DNA of 64,000 nt from NCBI RefSeq assembly GCF_036971445.1, contig NC_091470.1:232252001-232316000 (forward strand), read 5' to 3'. This stretch comes from Narcine bancroftii (lineage: Eukaryota). This document shows positions 47,770-60,564 of the stretch, in pieces (within the stretch, counting starts at the first letter, position 1; each line of letters starts with the position of its first letter). The notes under the pieces are model-generated. The model had not been told where the DNA came from. It made no database searches and saw nothing but the letters and a program-made list of their open reading frames with translations. Both the position numbers and the translations under genes were made by a program.

Positions 47770-48132
47770 AGCAGCCAGATGGCATTAACATCGACTTCTC
47801 CAGTTTCGGCCAACCTGCTCTCCTTTCTCCCTCCCTTCTCTACCCCTTGGCTCCTTCCCCCTGCCAGCTGTCCACCCCCTTCCTGCTCCATTCATCCAGC
47901 TATCCCTCCTCCCCTGGCTCAATGCTTTCCCCTCCCTCCCTTCTCCACCTATTCCCTCCAGCGCTTGCGACCATGCTCCTCCCCCACCCCCCCAAACCTT
48001 TTAAATCTGCCCACATTTTGCTCATTCCTTGATGAAGGGCTCAAGCCAGGAACATCGGTTCAGTATCTTTATCTTTGCAAAATAAGGGAAACTGTTTGAC
48101 CTGCTGAGTTTTTCCAGTGTTGTGTGTTTACC
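47770..48132 (+). mobile_element. Penelope-like element 3' end
   Basis: QPDGINIDFS, pyrimidine-rich UTR, tttgacctgctgagtt terminus. Confidence 0.82.
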
Positions 48133-48442
48133 TCTCCCCAGTGGTGGCTAAGTGCAGCACTAGAGATGGTTGCTTCTGCAATAAGCAGCCTGCTGGACAG
48201 TATATTTTTGCACTAATTGTAAGGTGGTTCATCGTTGAATCACATCACATTGATCATCCATCAAACAACATTCTTGCTCACTCCTGATATTATTATGATT
48301 TTAAAAAATACATTGGATAAAAGATTAATTCCAATAAAACGAAACCAGATGTATCAGAAATAATCAGAGAGTCAGGTAACACCCTCAGGACAATGAAATA
48401 CATTTCAGTTCCATGACCATTTGAGAGAGAAAAAGAAAGATC

Positions 48443-48612
48443 CAGTTACGAATCCAACGCTGTCTGTAAGGAGTTTGTACGTTCTCCCTGTCTCTGGGTG
48501 CTCCGGTTTCCATCCACCCTTCAAAAACGACACGGGGTTAAGTTAATTGGGTGTATTTGGGCGGTACCTGTTTGTGAGCCAGAAGGACCTGTTACTACGC
48601 TGTATGTCTAAA
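48443..48612 (+). mobile_element. V-SINE, 5'-truncated
   Basis: V-domain and tail. Confidence 0.8.
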
Positions 48613-48764
48613 ACACAAAATAACTGCCTTAGATACCTACACTGGGGATGTAAAATGATGCGTAACAGGCATAACGGCAAGTTTCAATGGATCACAATGA
48701 GTTTCTTTATATCTACCTCAATACTCAAGATATCAATGATTTGATTTGATGAATCTATGATAAG

Positions 48765-49975
48765 CTGCCAACTTTATCCACTTTGCAGCTAATTTTCATC
48801 CTGACCTCAAATTCACTTGGCCCATCTCCAGCCACACTCTCCTCTTTCTCTATCTCTCTGTCTCCATCTCAGGAGACAAAGTCTCAACAGATCTTTTCTA
48901 CAAATCCCACCAACCCCCGCAGCTACCTCGACCACACCTCTCACATCCTGACCCCTGTAAGGATTCTAAGCCTTTCTCTCAATTCCACCATCTCTGTCGC
49001 ACCTGCACTCAGGATGAGGTCTTCCATTCTGGATCATCCAAGATATCCTCCTTCCTCAAAAAAATGTGGCTTCCCACCCCCACTGCCATCAACTCAGCCT
49101 GTATCTCCTCTATTTCTTTTCACATCTGCCCTGGCCCCTCTGCTCTGAGGTGCCACAAGGACCGGATTCCCTTTGTCCTCACCTACCACCCAACCAACCC
49201 CCACTTCCAACATATTATTCTCTGCAATTTCCATTACCTACAGCCAGGCACCTCTTCCCCTCTCCACCTTCCACAGGACTGCTCCCTCCATGTCACTCAT
49301 CCCTTCCCACTAATCGCCCCCTCGTTCACTCACCACCATTCGACTGCACAAACAGTCCTTGCAAGTGAAGCAACACCTGTGAATCTGCAGTGGTCATCTA
49401 CTGCATCCAACGCTCCTACTGTGGCCTTCTCTGCATCAGAGAGACCGGATGCAGACTGGGAGATGATTTCATTGCGGAACTTTGTTCAATTCGCTGCAAT
49501 AGTAAGGACCTCCCAGTGGCCAACCATTTCAATTCTGCACCCCACTCTGAAGGTGACCTGTATGTCCATTGCCAAGCATGGCCACCTGCAGATTGGAAGA
49601 ACAACACCTAATATTCTGTCTGTGCACTCTCTAGCCAGACAGCACAAACATCTACTTTGCATTAGGCCCCCTCCCCTGTCTCTTTCTCTTTCCCTATCCC
49701 TCTCTCCTTTCCTCCAGCTCCACACCCCCTTACCCTCTCCATTCAGAGAGCCAAACCCTCACCCTATCACTTCTATTTTTCTCTTCTTCTCTCCAATCCA
49801 TATGCACCATTGACCTCCTGCTGTGCTCCAATCCCTGACCCTCTCCTTACCTTTCTAGTCAAGCCTCTGCCTGTTTTTGGTCCTACCTTGATGAAGAGCA
49901 CGTGACATAGGTTATACTTCTGTGCTACAATGAACATTGCACAACCAGCCGAATTTCTCCAGAACCTTTATGTAT
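48765..49975 (+). mobile_element. Penelope-like element (RT C-terminus and GIY-YIG endonuclease), decayed
   Basis: PTNPRSYLDHTS; DRIPFVLTYHPTN; VIYCIQRSYCGLLCIRETGCRLGD..DLPVANHFNS (ORF 49390-49611). Confidence 0.9.
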
Positions 49976-50174
49976 TAAGATGTAAATTATTGTTCTTTAT
50001 CTATTTTTGCTCTGGCCAGTGAATCAGTGACTCTTTAAGAAGTCCTAACACTGCTTGACATTGTCAGAGAGCATTCATCATATAAACAGGCTTAACGTGA
50101 AGAAAGTATTTGGATTGAATGCAGCCAATACTATTCTCAGCATCTATCTAATCAGTAAGGAAAACTATTGACGT

Positions 50175-50392
50175 ACCCCACAGATGCACTGCTCTCTGGG
50201 AAAAAGCAGTTCCTCTTCACCTCCCACCTAAATATCCTGCCCCAGATCTTAAGGCTATGTCCCCTAGATCTAGTCTCACCCGCCAGTAAAAAGAACTTTC
50301 CTGCCTCCATCTTTTCTATCCCTTTCATAATTTTATCTTCCTATAAGATCCCCTGAATTCCAATGAGTGTAATCCCAGGCAACTCAATCTCT
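50175..50392 (-). mobile_element. CR1 fragment
   Basis: Reverse complement encodes a GETRSRGHSLKI..NCFFPESS segment. Confidence 0.7.
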
Positions 50393-51165
50393 GCCCAAAC
50401 TTAGTGGCTGAGTGGTAGGAGTGAGAAGAATAGGAAATTTGGAATTAAGAGAGGGAGATCGATGAGGAAGCTGACTCTTGGTCATCAATGGAAATGGGTT
50501 AGCTGGCTAAGGAAGATGTGTCTCAATGATGCATCCTGGTGGAAGCAGTTATTCCATGGGGCTGGTACCAAATGGATAAAAAAATGTTTATTTCCCTTCA
50601 TTTAGCACTTAATATTACAATAAAATAGCATAGTATCTGATTAAACCAACTGTAGCCACACAGGCGCCAACATTTTGAGATCAAAAGCCTTGCTAAAAGC
50701 AATTCTCTCTGTACAGCAAAGATTAATAATGTCTTTATCCACATCCATTTCCCCCCCCCCGCCCCCCATCATTCAGTTTCTCCCTCTCTTCTCTTTCTTC
50801 GATCATCCTTTCCTTCCTCCACCCAATCACTCCAACTCCCTTGGGTAAATGGAGCCATATGGTATATCCCGCACCAAATAAACAGCCATTTGTTAATAAC
50901 CCATGCGTCTTCCACCACTCATTGATATGAATTTTATTCCTTTCTCCCTCCCTCCCTCCAGTGAAGATCCGCCAACCCTCCGACCTCCCCCAAATTCCTT
51001 CCATTCATTGATGCCTCTTCTTCTATGCCCTTTGCATCGGGCGTAGAAGAAGAGACAACTCATGGAATTGTTTTCCAGCATTTGTTCGCTCCCTTTATGA
51101 CAAAATAATACCGCCGTCATTGTCTTTCTAGAGTTTCTTCTTTTTTTACCCCTTTGCTCCCTTAG

Positions 51166-51180
51166 CAAGGTAACAGCAGA
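51166..51180 (+). other. Candidate 15-nt (or 4-nt) microexon
   Basis: U-rich tract, TGC, cttAG, caaggtaacagcaga, GTGAGA; internal AAG/GTAACA alternative donor. Confidence 0.25.
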
Positions 51181-51654
51181 GTGAGAGACAGGAAGTGGAG
51201 GGCTTAGGAGCTGTGCAAGAGATGTACACCACCAAACTCATTGCCACTGGAAACATATAGAATTGAAGATAGAAATTATTAAAACCCACTTTTAACACCG
51301 TTACATCTATCTTCTCTTTCTTATGCTCAAAACAACTTACCATGAAGCAGTCTGCATCTCCCCCCACTCCCTGGTCCCCCTCCCCCCTCCACTGCCTGAA
51401 ATGGCACAATCTGACTGAGGACAAGACACGTTAAAATAGACCATGCTTAATCACCCAAAGAAATCCAACTCTCCCTCATACAGACTGTAATTTTGTCCAT
51501 TTATCAGAACTAGTCCTCACCTTCACATTTGTGCCCCAAAAATCAGACGTCACATATCTCCCTGATATCAAGTGATGATGTTTATTCTCAAACACATTGT
51601 GCACCAAAATATTTACTTGCTACAGTTAAACAGGTACTTGGAAAGAGAAACTAT

Positions 51655-51907
51655 CTTTCTTTGGCTTGGCTTCGCGGACGAAGATTTATGGAGGGTATGT
51701 CCACGTCTGCTGCAGGCTCGTTGGTGACTGACAAGTCCGATGCGGGACAGGCAGGCACGGTTGCAGCGGTTGCAAGGGAAAATTGGTTGGTTGGGGTTGG
51801 CTGTTGGGTTTTTCTTCCTTTGTCTTTTGTCAGTGAGGTGGGCTCTGCGGTCTTCTTCAAAGGAGGTTGCTGCCCGCCGAACTGTGAGGCGCCAAGATGC
51901 ACGGTTG
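51655..51907 (-). mobile_element. Young RTE LINE 3' end, 10-bp TSD
   Basis: Near-identical to 12586-12845; TSD gagaaactat at 51645-51654 and 51908-51917. Confidence 0.95.
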
Positions 51908-51962
51908 GAGAAACTATAATAGTAAGCTAATTGAATTAAATTAAAAGAGACTATATATAATA

Positions 51963-52200
51963 CAGGCACAGTAACAAGAGCAATTAGCATGCCGCTATTA
52001 CAGCACCAAATTGGGCACTGTCCGTAATGAGTTTGTACGTTCTCCCCATGTTTCCTCCCAGCCTTCAAAACATACATGGGTTGGAGGCTTAATGGGGAAT
52101 GTGAGTGGCACAGGCTCACAGGTCAAAGGGGTCTGTTACGTTGCTGTATGCCTACATTTTTTTAAAATTAAAAATTAAATTAAATTTAAATTAAAAAAAA
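51963..52200 (+). mobile_element. V-SINE, decayed
   Basis: Head remnant, V-domain, tail. Confidence 0.75.
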
Positions 52201-52271
52201 ATACATGATAGAAAATGAATATTCACAGTCATCCTGGTGCAAAAAAGAATGTAAATTGCAGTAGTGTTGAC

Positions 52272-52615
52272 CAGTGGTTTTCAAACTGCCCCCTTTAAAG
52301 CACATTGGTGCTCTGTGATTAGTAAGGGATTGATTAAGTTGGGATGTGGATGGGAAGGGAAGGTTGAGAATCACTGCTCTAGACCCAATTGTTACTGAAA
52401 TAGTTTGCTTGAGAAAAATTGTCATTGGCCCATTTCCTTTGGAGTTTATGAACCCATGCACAGATCAAGTAAATGAGGAACGATTAAAACAATGGTTTTA
52501 AACTTTTTTTCCCCACCCACATACCACCTTAAGCAATCCCTTACTAATCAAAGAGCACTGATGGCATAGCAATTGCTTCAGGTGGAAGTTTAGGGAGGCA
52601 GTTTGAAAACCACTG
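52272..52615. mobile_element. Composite hAT MITE
   Basis: TIRs cagtggttttcaaactg; TSD gtgttgac/gtgtagac (7/8). Confidence 0.9.
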
Positions 52616-52624
52616 GTGTAGACA

Positions 52625-54230
52625 GTCCTTTTGTGATGTCAGAGCAGTCCATGATTAGTGTTAGAGCTTGTTAGCTGTTGAAAAGAAACTGTTCTTGAAC
52701 CTCAAGGTGCTGGTTTTCAGGCTTCTGTAACTTTTCTCTGAACGTACCACTGGAAAGAGATTCTGACTAGGGTGATGGGGATCCTTCATGATGTTGACTG
52801 CTTTCTTGAAGCTGTGCCTCACAAAGGTCAAGTTGAAGTTCAAATTTATTAAGATACATAATATGCAGAGTCTTTAAATGAGTCCCTGATTGAGATTGTC
52901 GTTGGTAAGTCTGATGGTGGAGGGGTAGCAGGTGTTCCTGAACCTGGTGGTTCGAGTCTTGTGGCCCCTAGACCTCTTTCCTGATGGCAGCAGCGAGAAC
53001 AGAGCGTGTTGTGGGTCTTTGATGATTGCTGCTGCTGTCTGATGCCAGTGTTCCTTGTAGATGTTCTCGATGGTGGGGAGGGTTCTACTGGGCTGTGTCC
53101 ACTACCCTTTTCAGGCTTATCTGCTCAGAGGTATTGGTGCCCCCATGATGCAGCCGGTAAGCACACTTTCCACTACAGATCTGTAGAAGTTTGCCAAGGT
53201 TTCCTATGTCATTCCAGATCTCCGCAAACTCCTGAGGAAATGGAGGCACCGATGCACTTTCTTCACAATGTCATTAGCGTGTTGGGTCCAGGAAAGACCC
53301 TCCAAGATAATAACTCCCAGGAATTTAAATTTGCTCACCCTCTCTACCTCTCATCTCCCAGTGATCACTGGATCATACAATTTACAATCAGCTCCTTGGT
53401 TTTGGTGACACTGATGTTAGTACACTATTTCAATCTCCCTCCTGTACGCTAATTCATACCACTACTGTGGTATCATCAGCAAGTTTGTAAATGACGCTGT
53501 TGTCGTACCGAGCCACACATTCATGGGTGTAAAGTGAGTAGAGCAGGGGGATAAATACGCAAACCTCTGGTGCTCTAGTACTGATCGAGATTGTGGAGGA
53601 GATGTTCTTACCAATCTTCACTGATTGAGGACTGGAGGTGAAAGAAATCCAGTGGGATATTGTGGCCCAGATCTTGGAGTTTGTTGACCAGTTTGGGGAA
53701 TTGATGGTGTTGAATGCCGAACTATAGTCGATAAACAGCATACTCATGCATCATCTTTTCTGTCCAGGTGTTCCGGGCTTTGAGATGGCATCTACCTTAG
53801 ATCTATTGCTGCAGTAGGCAAATTGGAACACATCCATGTTGCTCCTCAGACAGGAGCTGATATGGTTCAACACCAGCCTCTCAAAACACTTCATCACTCT
53901 TGATATAAGTGCCACTGGTGGGTAGTCATTTAGACTGGTTACCACACACTTCTTCGACTCCTGTTTGAAACAGTTGGATACTTACCCTGCCAGAGATGTA
54001 GGTTTTCAGTGCTTGACTGGGTACTCCGTCCTAGGATTCACTCGCCAGAAAGCAGCCCACATGTCAACTTCGGATACTGATGGTCGAGGATCATTAGGGA
54101 CATAGGGGTGTGCAGTAATACTTCCTTGTACCGATGGTCAAATCAGGTGGAGAAGGCATTGCGTTCAACTAGAAGTGAACCATTGCTGTCTCCTTCTGCC
54201 CTGGATTTGGTTTTGTAGCAGACTTGGATA
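52625..54230 (-). mobile_element. Rex1/Babar LINE fragments (two adjacent copies)
   Basis: SLNDYPPVALISRVMKCFERLV; LFIDYSSAFNTI..KLADDTTVV; KDPHHPSQNLF. Confidence 0.88.
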
Positions 54231-55796
54231 TCTGCAATGGATAAGAGAGGTCGGAACCTGTGATTAGTGGTGGATTAGTCATTAGGCTGAAGCCTAGGGG
54301 CCCGAAAGGTAAGGGGCCCAATGTCAAACAACAAAAGAAACAAGGGACAATAGAAATGTTACTTTAATGATGCCAAAGGAAACTAAGTCACAGTATTTTA
54401 AAATTGCAACAGCTTGTAGTTTTCAACACTCTTGTTGACTGGCTTTCACCTATTCACAGAAATCAAAAAACAATGGGTGGCAGCTCATTGTGGGAGCAAA
54501 GGCCAATGGCTGTCTCCATTACCCATATTTCCCCACGCAGCTGGAACCTCTCTGCCTGTTCCAGCACCATGGAAATGCACATGCCTGTCGTCACCTGCCT
54601 TCTATCTGAAAATATGTACCCAATGGCTTTATGGAGTTAATTCCAACAATTGTAACCATAACGAGGTAAGTATAAATAGCCCATACACGTCAAGATATTT
54701 TATTTTCTATTCAAATACAGTTGCACGGGGGTGGGACATGGGAGTACTGGAAAACGAATGGTAATAAAATTGTTTGATCTGATTTGGCCTTCAAGTATCA
54801 TGCTTCTTTGAAATAAATATCAGATAAAATCTATTCTTAATACATGGGCCGAGGGCTCGAACATGTACCGGCTCCTCTCTGCACATGCAAATGTATTTTC
54901 CGAAATGGGCAGTGGATCATTGATGTGATTTTTGTTCCCTGTCGGCCTCCTCAGAAAGTAAATTAAGGGCCATGTGTTACAGGCTGAGAAACAAAGCAAT
55001 TGTTGCAAAGCAACCACTGATCAAATTCAATATCGAGACCAAAAATAATCTAAATTAGCATGGACTTTAAGAGAAGTCTATATCCAATGGACTTTCAATA
55101 AAACATGTAATTTTCATCTGTTTATTTGTGCTATTTAATGTGAAGTTCGTAAATGATGTAATAATGGGGTAGAGAGGGCTAATTATTTTGCTGGAGACTT
55201 TCATAATTGTTGAGTGTATATTTAATTTAACCATAGTTGATAACCTCCATGGAGACGTGCATTATTGTGTTGAAATAAAAACACCTATTGTTCAAGTTGC
55301 AATTGCCAATTCTGAAAAGAAAAATTCTTATCGTTATATGAAGAGAGCAAAATCGTCTGCTAAAATTAACATTGATCTGTATTATCAGATTGAACAGAGG
55401 GTGCACATTACGTGTGTGAACAGAAGAACCTATGTTTTTGATCAGATATTACTTGACAATGTGCTTGCATGTTCTGTTACTTTGCGACACTATGGTACAG
55501 GTTATATAATGTGTAACTACAAAGTAAAATACAATGTCACAAATCCAACACATGGCATTTCTAAACTTTAATCCGGCATTACAAAATGCTTTGTGGTTGA
55601 ATAATGATGAAGTCATTTGAACTTCAAAAATCATTGGGCATTAAATTTGAGACAGGAATCCAAAGCATAATAAAAGGTGTAGTTGCTTCGGAGACGCTGG
55701 TGCCGTGGGCATGGCCTGCAAATGTCCCCCAAGACGCCAACCCTGGGTGGCCTTACTGAAGGTCGGCCTAGGGGCCTGAGTAGTGGTTGTGAGCAT

Positions 55797-56062
55797 TGCT
55801 GTGTGAAGAATTCAGACACCAACTCCACGGACTGTACCACAGGCTTTAATTAGCTTAAACTTGTGCACACCAGGTCTCTGCACCTTCCTGGCTTCACATG
55901 CCCGACTGACTCCCAAAGGGTCGGTTCGAGCCTTTTTATGGGCTGGTGATTGACAGCAGGCAGGTGGGGACAGCCGCCCAGGTTGCCTACCTACAGGTAC
56001 AGTGGTTGCTCCCTGCAATTGGCTGGTAGGAGTGCGGCCAGTGTAGTGGTTGTATCACCGCA
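55797..56062 (-). mobile_element. Short solo LTR (266 bp)
   Basis: Inverted termini TGCTGTG/TGCGGTG; minus strand has CCAAT, CATAAAA and ATTAAA in LTR order; TSD unclear. Confidence 0.65.
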
Positions 56063-57650
56063 GTAGATGATGGGCTTGGCTATATTTTCTGCATTTCTGT
56101 GCATTTGAATTTGCAAACCAGGCTATGATTGAACCATCCAGTGTACCTTTCTACTGTGAACCTGTAAAAGATTGTTGGAGTACCTGATGACATGCCACAT
56201 CTCCAGACGCCTTAGAAAGAGGCGTGTTGTAATTTATTCATGGTCGTATGGATGTTTCGGCTCTAGGAAAAGACTTCTGAAAAATGGATTCATAGGAGCT
56301 TGAATGTTCTGCCACACTCTCCTTCATTTCCATCAATACTGACAAGTGTATGGGCCCTGTCTCTTCTTCCGAAATCCACAAACTGCTCTTTAGTGATGTT
56401 GACAGCAACATTGTTGTTCTGACACCACCCAACAGGTTCTCGATCCCCATCTGTATTCTGACTCACCATTCAGCCAACAATCCATCAGCGAATTTGTAGA
56501 TCAAGTTGGAATTTAACTATGCTACACGATCATGAGTGTTCGGAGTGTAGTAGGGGAAGAAGCATGCGGCCTTGGGTGCCTGTGTGCTGATGGTCAGAGA
56601 GAAGGAAGTGATGTTGTCGATCTGCTCTGATTTGGGTCTGCCGATGAGGAAGCCGAGGATGGACAGAGTTCCAGATCCTTTAGCTTGGTCATGTGTTTTC
56701 CTGGTAGGATGGCATTAAACCATGGGCAGGCATGGTTAGCATTGTCGAGGCAGTGCAGTTAGTGTAGCGGTCATCGCAACACCATTACACCACCAGCAAT
56801 CGGGACATGTGTTTTGAATCCCACACTTCCTGCAAGGAGTTGGTACGTTCTCCCCACGCCTGCGTGAGTTTTCTCCAGGGGTTCCGGTTTCTTCCCACCC
56901 TTTAAAAAATATTGATTTGTAGGTCAAATGGGTGTAATTGGCCAGGACGGGCTCATGGGCCAAAAGGGCCTCTTACCATGCTGTTATGTCTAAATATTTT
57001 TTTAAAATTACAATTTAAGCACTGAGCTTTAGTAAATGAACAACAGCCTGGTGTAGGTGTTCCTGTGGTCCAGGTGATCTAATACAGAGTGGAGGGCCAG
57101 CGAGGTGATATCTGCCATTAACCTGTTGTGACAGTAAGTGAACTGAAGTGGTCCCAGGCCCTTCCTGAGGTGGGAGGTGAGTTGCTCTATAACCAACCCC
57201 TCAAGCATCATCTCAATAAGTCTGTAGATGTCAGTGACACGGGCTGATAGACATTGAGGTACGTCACCTTGCTCTTTTTAGGCACCCGAATGATAGATCA
57301 CTTTTGAAGTTGTAGCGAGAGATTGAAAATATCCTCCAGCCTGTTAGTTCGCACAGGTTCTAAAGACCCGGCCAGGTATACCATCTGGGCTAGACACTTT
57401 TCAAGAATTCATTCTCCTGAATGTTCAGTTCACCTCAGCCTCAGTCCCCGGAAGGAGCTGTTTTCCTCTCGAAGCGAACAGAGGAGACATTGAAGAGGGT
57501 CCAGCCATTGAAGAAACCGTCTTGTTTCACCTTGTAGGATATAATGGTGTGCAAGCCCTGCCATAACTGTCTGGAATTTGTCAGAAATGTCAGACAGACA
57601 TTCTAGTTTGGATTGGAATGATCTCTGTATTGGTGATGGCCTTCCCAGAC
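56063..57650 (-). mobile_element. Old Rex1/Babar LINE, interrupted by a V-SINE
   Basis: PLQFTYCHNR..DHLDHRNTYTRLLFI; KFAD motif near 56485-56500. Confidence 0.8.
56724..57017 (+). mobile_element. V-SINE (HE1-like)
   Basis: Duplicated head start, V-domain, tail. Confidence 0.85.
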
Positions 57651-57907
57651 TTTCTATATGCTTCTGAATGTTTTGTCATCAATGGCGCAGAATGAACGTA
57701 AGGACCGGTTATTCCTAAATATTGATAAATATGGCTTGGTCAGAATCTCTTCTGTTCAGTGGGCTATGGTGCTTAGTTGATCAAACCAGGAAGATCAGTT
57801 TTCCAGCACTGTCGAAATTGAACTGATAGTAGGAGTGATTTTAAAGAAAGAGATGAATTCCATCCACCAAGGCCATGCTGACCAGACATTTAACTAATCG
57901 TACATTC

Positions 57908-58143
57908 AGGGCGGCACAGTTAGTGCAACGCTGTTACAGCACCACTGACCGGGGATTCTCGAGCACCATCGATAGGGATTTGAATCCCGTGCTGCCTGTA
58001 AGGGGTGTCCGCGTGGGTCTCCACCGAGCATTCAGGTTTCTTCCCACCCTTCAAAACGTACTGGTAGGTTGTGGGTATAATTTGGCACCTCAGGCTTGTG
58101 GGCCAAAAGGGCCTGCTGTTGTGCTGTATGTTTAAATTTAAAA
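57908..58143 (+). mobile_element. V-SINE (HE1-like)
   Basis: gggcggcacagttag head, V-domain, tail. Confidence 0.85.
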
Positions 58144-58269
58144 CTGAATTGTACATTTTTTTATTCTTCCCATATTCTCATCAACCACCTCCCATCCCCA
58201 ATTCTACCACTCATCTATACACTGTGAGCAATTTACATTGGTGATTTAACCCAGCTACCCGCACATCAT

Positions 58270-58720
58270 ATCAAGTCAAGTTTATTGTCATCTGATTGTA
58301 CAAGCACAACCTGATGAAACTGCATTCTCCGGTCCTCAGTGTAAAACATGCAGACACACAACCAGACAGAACACACATACAGGCAACAATACATATGCAG
58401 AACAAGTATTTTATCTGTTCAAATAAATATTGTTTTGTACATATGAGAGTCTCAGAGGGTTAGTGTGAGCAGTTCCTTTGGTCGTTCAGCGTTCTCAGTG
58501 CCCGTGGGAAGAAGCTGTTCCTCAGCCTGTGGTGCTGGCTCTGATACTCCTGTATCTACTCTCTAATGGGAGCAGCTGAAAGATGCTGTGTGTAGGGTGA
58601 TAGGGGTCCTCAATGATCCCAGTAGATCACTTCGATGGATGGGGGTGGGGGAAGTGAGACTCTGGGTGCTCTCTGCTACAGTCTCACTCTTATGGTCCTG
58701 TGGATTGACCTCCAATCTCC
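58270..58720 (-). mobile_element. Rex1/Babar 3' end nested in an older V-SINE (58165-58860)
   Basis: (gactt)n tail and 3'UTR shared with 59838-60153. Confidence 0.8.
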
Positions 58721-59837
58721 GCAGGTCTTTGGGATGTGGGCGTAAACCAGAGCATTCCTGGTGTTAACCCATGCGGTCAATGGGAAAATGTAAAAATAAA
58801 ACTCCACGCAGAGAGCTCCGAAGGTCAGGATTAAACCAGGATCTCTGCTGCTGTGAAGCAAAGATTTTACTGGGTTAGCTGTTTCATTGGCTTCAGAAAC
58901 TAGATTTTGGAGAGTAACTTCAGTGTGAATGTCAGCTCCTAGATTCTACCCATGTTGGGGAAAGTGTGCCTGCAAATGGTTATCAGCTGTAGAGAAGCCT
59001 GCAATAATCGCTTTTCCCTTGTTAATAGGTACTCAACTGGTGCGCCTACTTCAGGTTCACGTAAAAAGAATTGCTACTTCCAAAACTGCATTGAATTTTA
59101 AAATAAAAAAACAAACCTATGAATGTTCACAAATGCAACATGTTGATTGGTCCTGCAGGGATTGTTGAACCATACTTCAGTAAAAAGTCGGTGGAGAATT
59201 GGTCTCATGGGTGTATGTGGTCGGCGTAGGCCCATGGGCCAGTGGGATCTGTGACCGTGCTGTATCTCTAAATTAAAAATAAAAGGAAAATCAGCCTCGT
59301 GAACAAAATGACGAGCTTGTTAATCTCAAGGCACCATTCATTCATTATTTCTGATAATGTTTTACAACATCTAACCACAATCTTCTGTTTGCCCAGTGTG
59401 TGATTTACATAGCTAAGTGCTCCTCTCAAATTATGTTTAAGGTATTTTGCTGGGAATGATAAATGGTTTGCTTTATTACAAATTGAGCTCTTGTTTACGT
59501 AAAGTAAATGGTTCACTCATTGTGCAATATTTAACTATGGCAAGGACCTCAGCTCAATGGCTTTGTTATTCACCTCCACTATTTCCTTGCCTTTCAAAAG
59601 CCGCGGAAACGTTTATTTGCCGTGTTCTTTTGCGGACACAACAAAGAGCACTAACCCAGTGGCGTCCCATAAAGGCAAGACGGTGGCTCGGATCAATGGA
59701 AGCTGGATAAACATCAGAACAAGTCCTTGTATGAATAAACACTGATTGGAGTCATACTGTAACAATAAAAAGACTGTTTAGATTACACTTCGCTAGCTTT
59801 GAAAGTGCAGAAAATGTGGCTCTCAAGTTGTGCCCAG

Positions 59838-60153
59838 AGTGGGCATGCAAAATCATCGATGACCCCTTCCACCCCACACACAGCATCTTTCAGGAGGATC
59901 AGAGCCAGCACCATCATGTTGAGTAACAGCTTCTTCCCACAAACAGTGAGAACGCTGAATGACTCACACTAACTGAACAAGACACTCCTATTCGCAAAGC
60001 AATATTTATTTATTTGTATATAGGAATACTTGTCCTGCCTATGTATTGTGTGTGCTACGTTTGGTTGTGTGTCTGCCTGCTTTGCACTGAGGACTGGAGA
60101 ACGCTGTTTCGTCGGGTTGTACCTGTGCTATCGGATGAAAATAAACTTGACTT
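59838..60153 (+). mobile_element. Rex1/Babar 3' end
   Basis: KIIDDPFHP..NSFFPQTVR; aataaacttgactt tail. Confidence 0.8.
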
Positions 60154-60564
60154 AACTTCACTGGAAGTGAATACGTTCCCCAAGCATAGCCTGTTGCACA
60201 GGCAGTAGCTGACCCACCCCATTCTCCAATATGGTGAGCACAAAATCCAGACATACTTCATACCTTACTGGGAAAGATGAAGATCAAAGTGTATCTATCC
60301 AAGTCTGAGAGGGTCCCTCATTGCACAGTGACCTCAGCTGGATCTTCCACTGATTCATGTGCAAATGGTGCTCAAATCACTGACTGTATTTTTCTCTCTC
60401 CACAGCCTGACCAGCTGCAGATAAGAATGAAGTGCATAAGCAGGACTTTTAGCTCCTTGTGTCTTCTCCCTGCGTCAGTACGATGTGGCTGATCTCTTAG
60501 CACATCACCACCTTTCTACACGGAGACCACCCCCCCCTTGATTCCCTTCATATCTAAAAATTCT

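Noticed and set aside
50940-51050. Acceptor at 50961 as a coding exon start
   Set aside because: All three frames hit stops before any donor.
54265-54325. Possible hAT transposon end (ttaggctgaagcctaggggccc)
   Set aside because: No partner terminus or TSD found.
55188-55571. 127-aa ORF in unique sequence
   Set aside because: Non-ATG start, AT-rich, no recognisable domain or convincing splice sites.
60385-60495. Acceptor-like tttctctctccacag followed by an open frame
   Set aside because: Resembles a decayed Penelope terminus (ctccacag..cctgacc.gctg), and there is no good donor before the stop.
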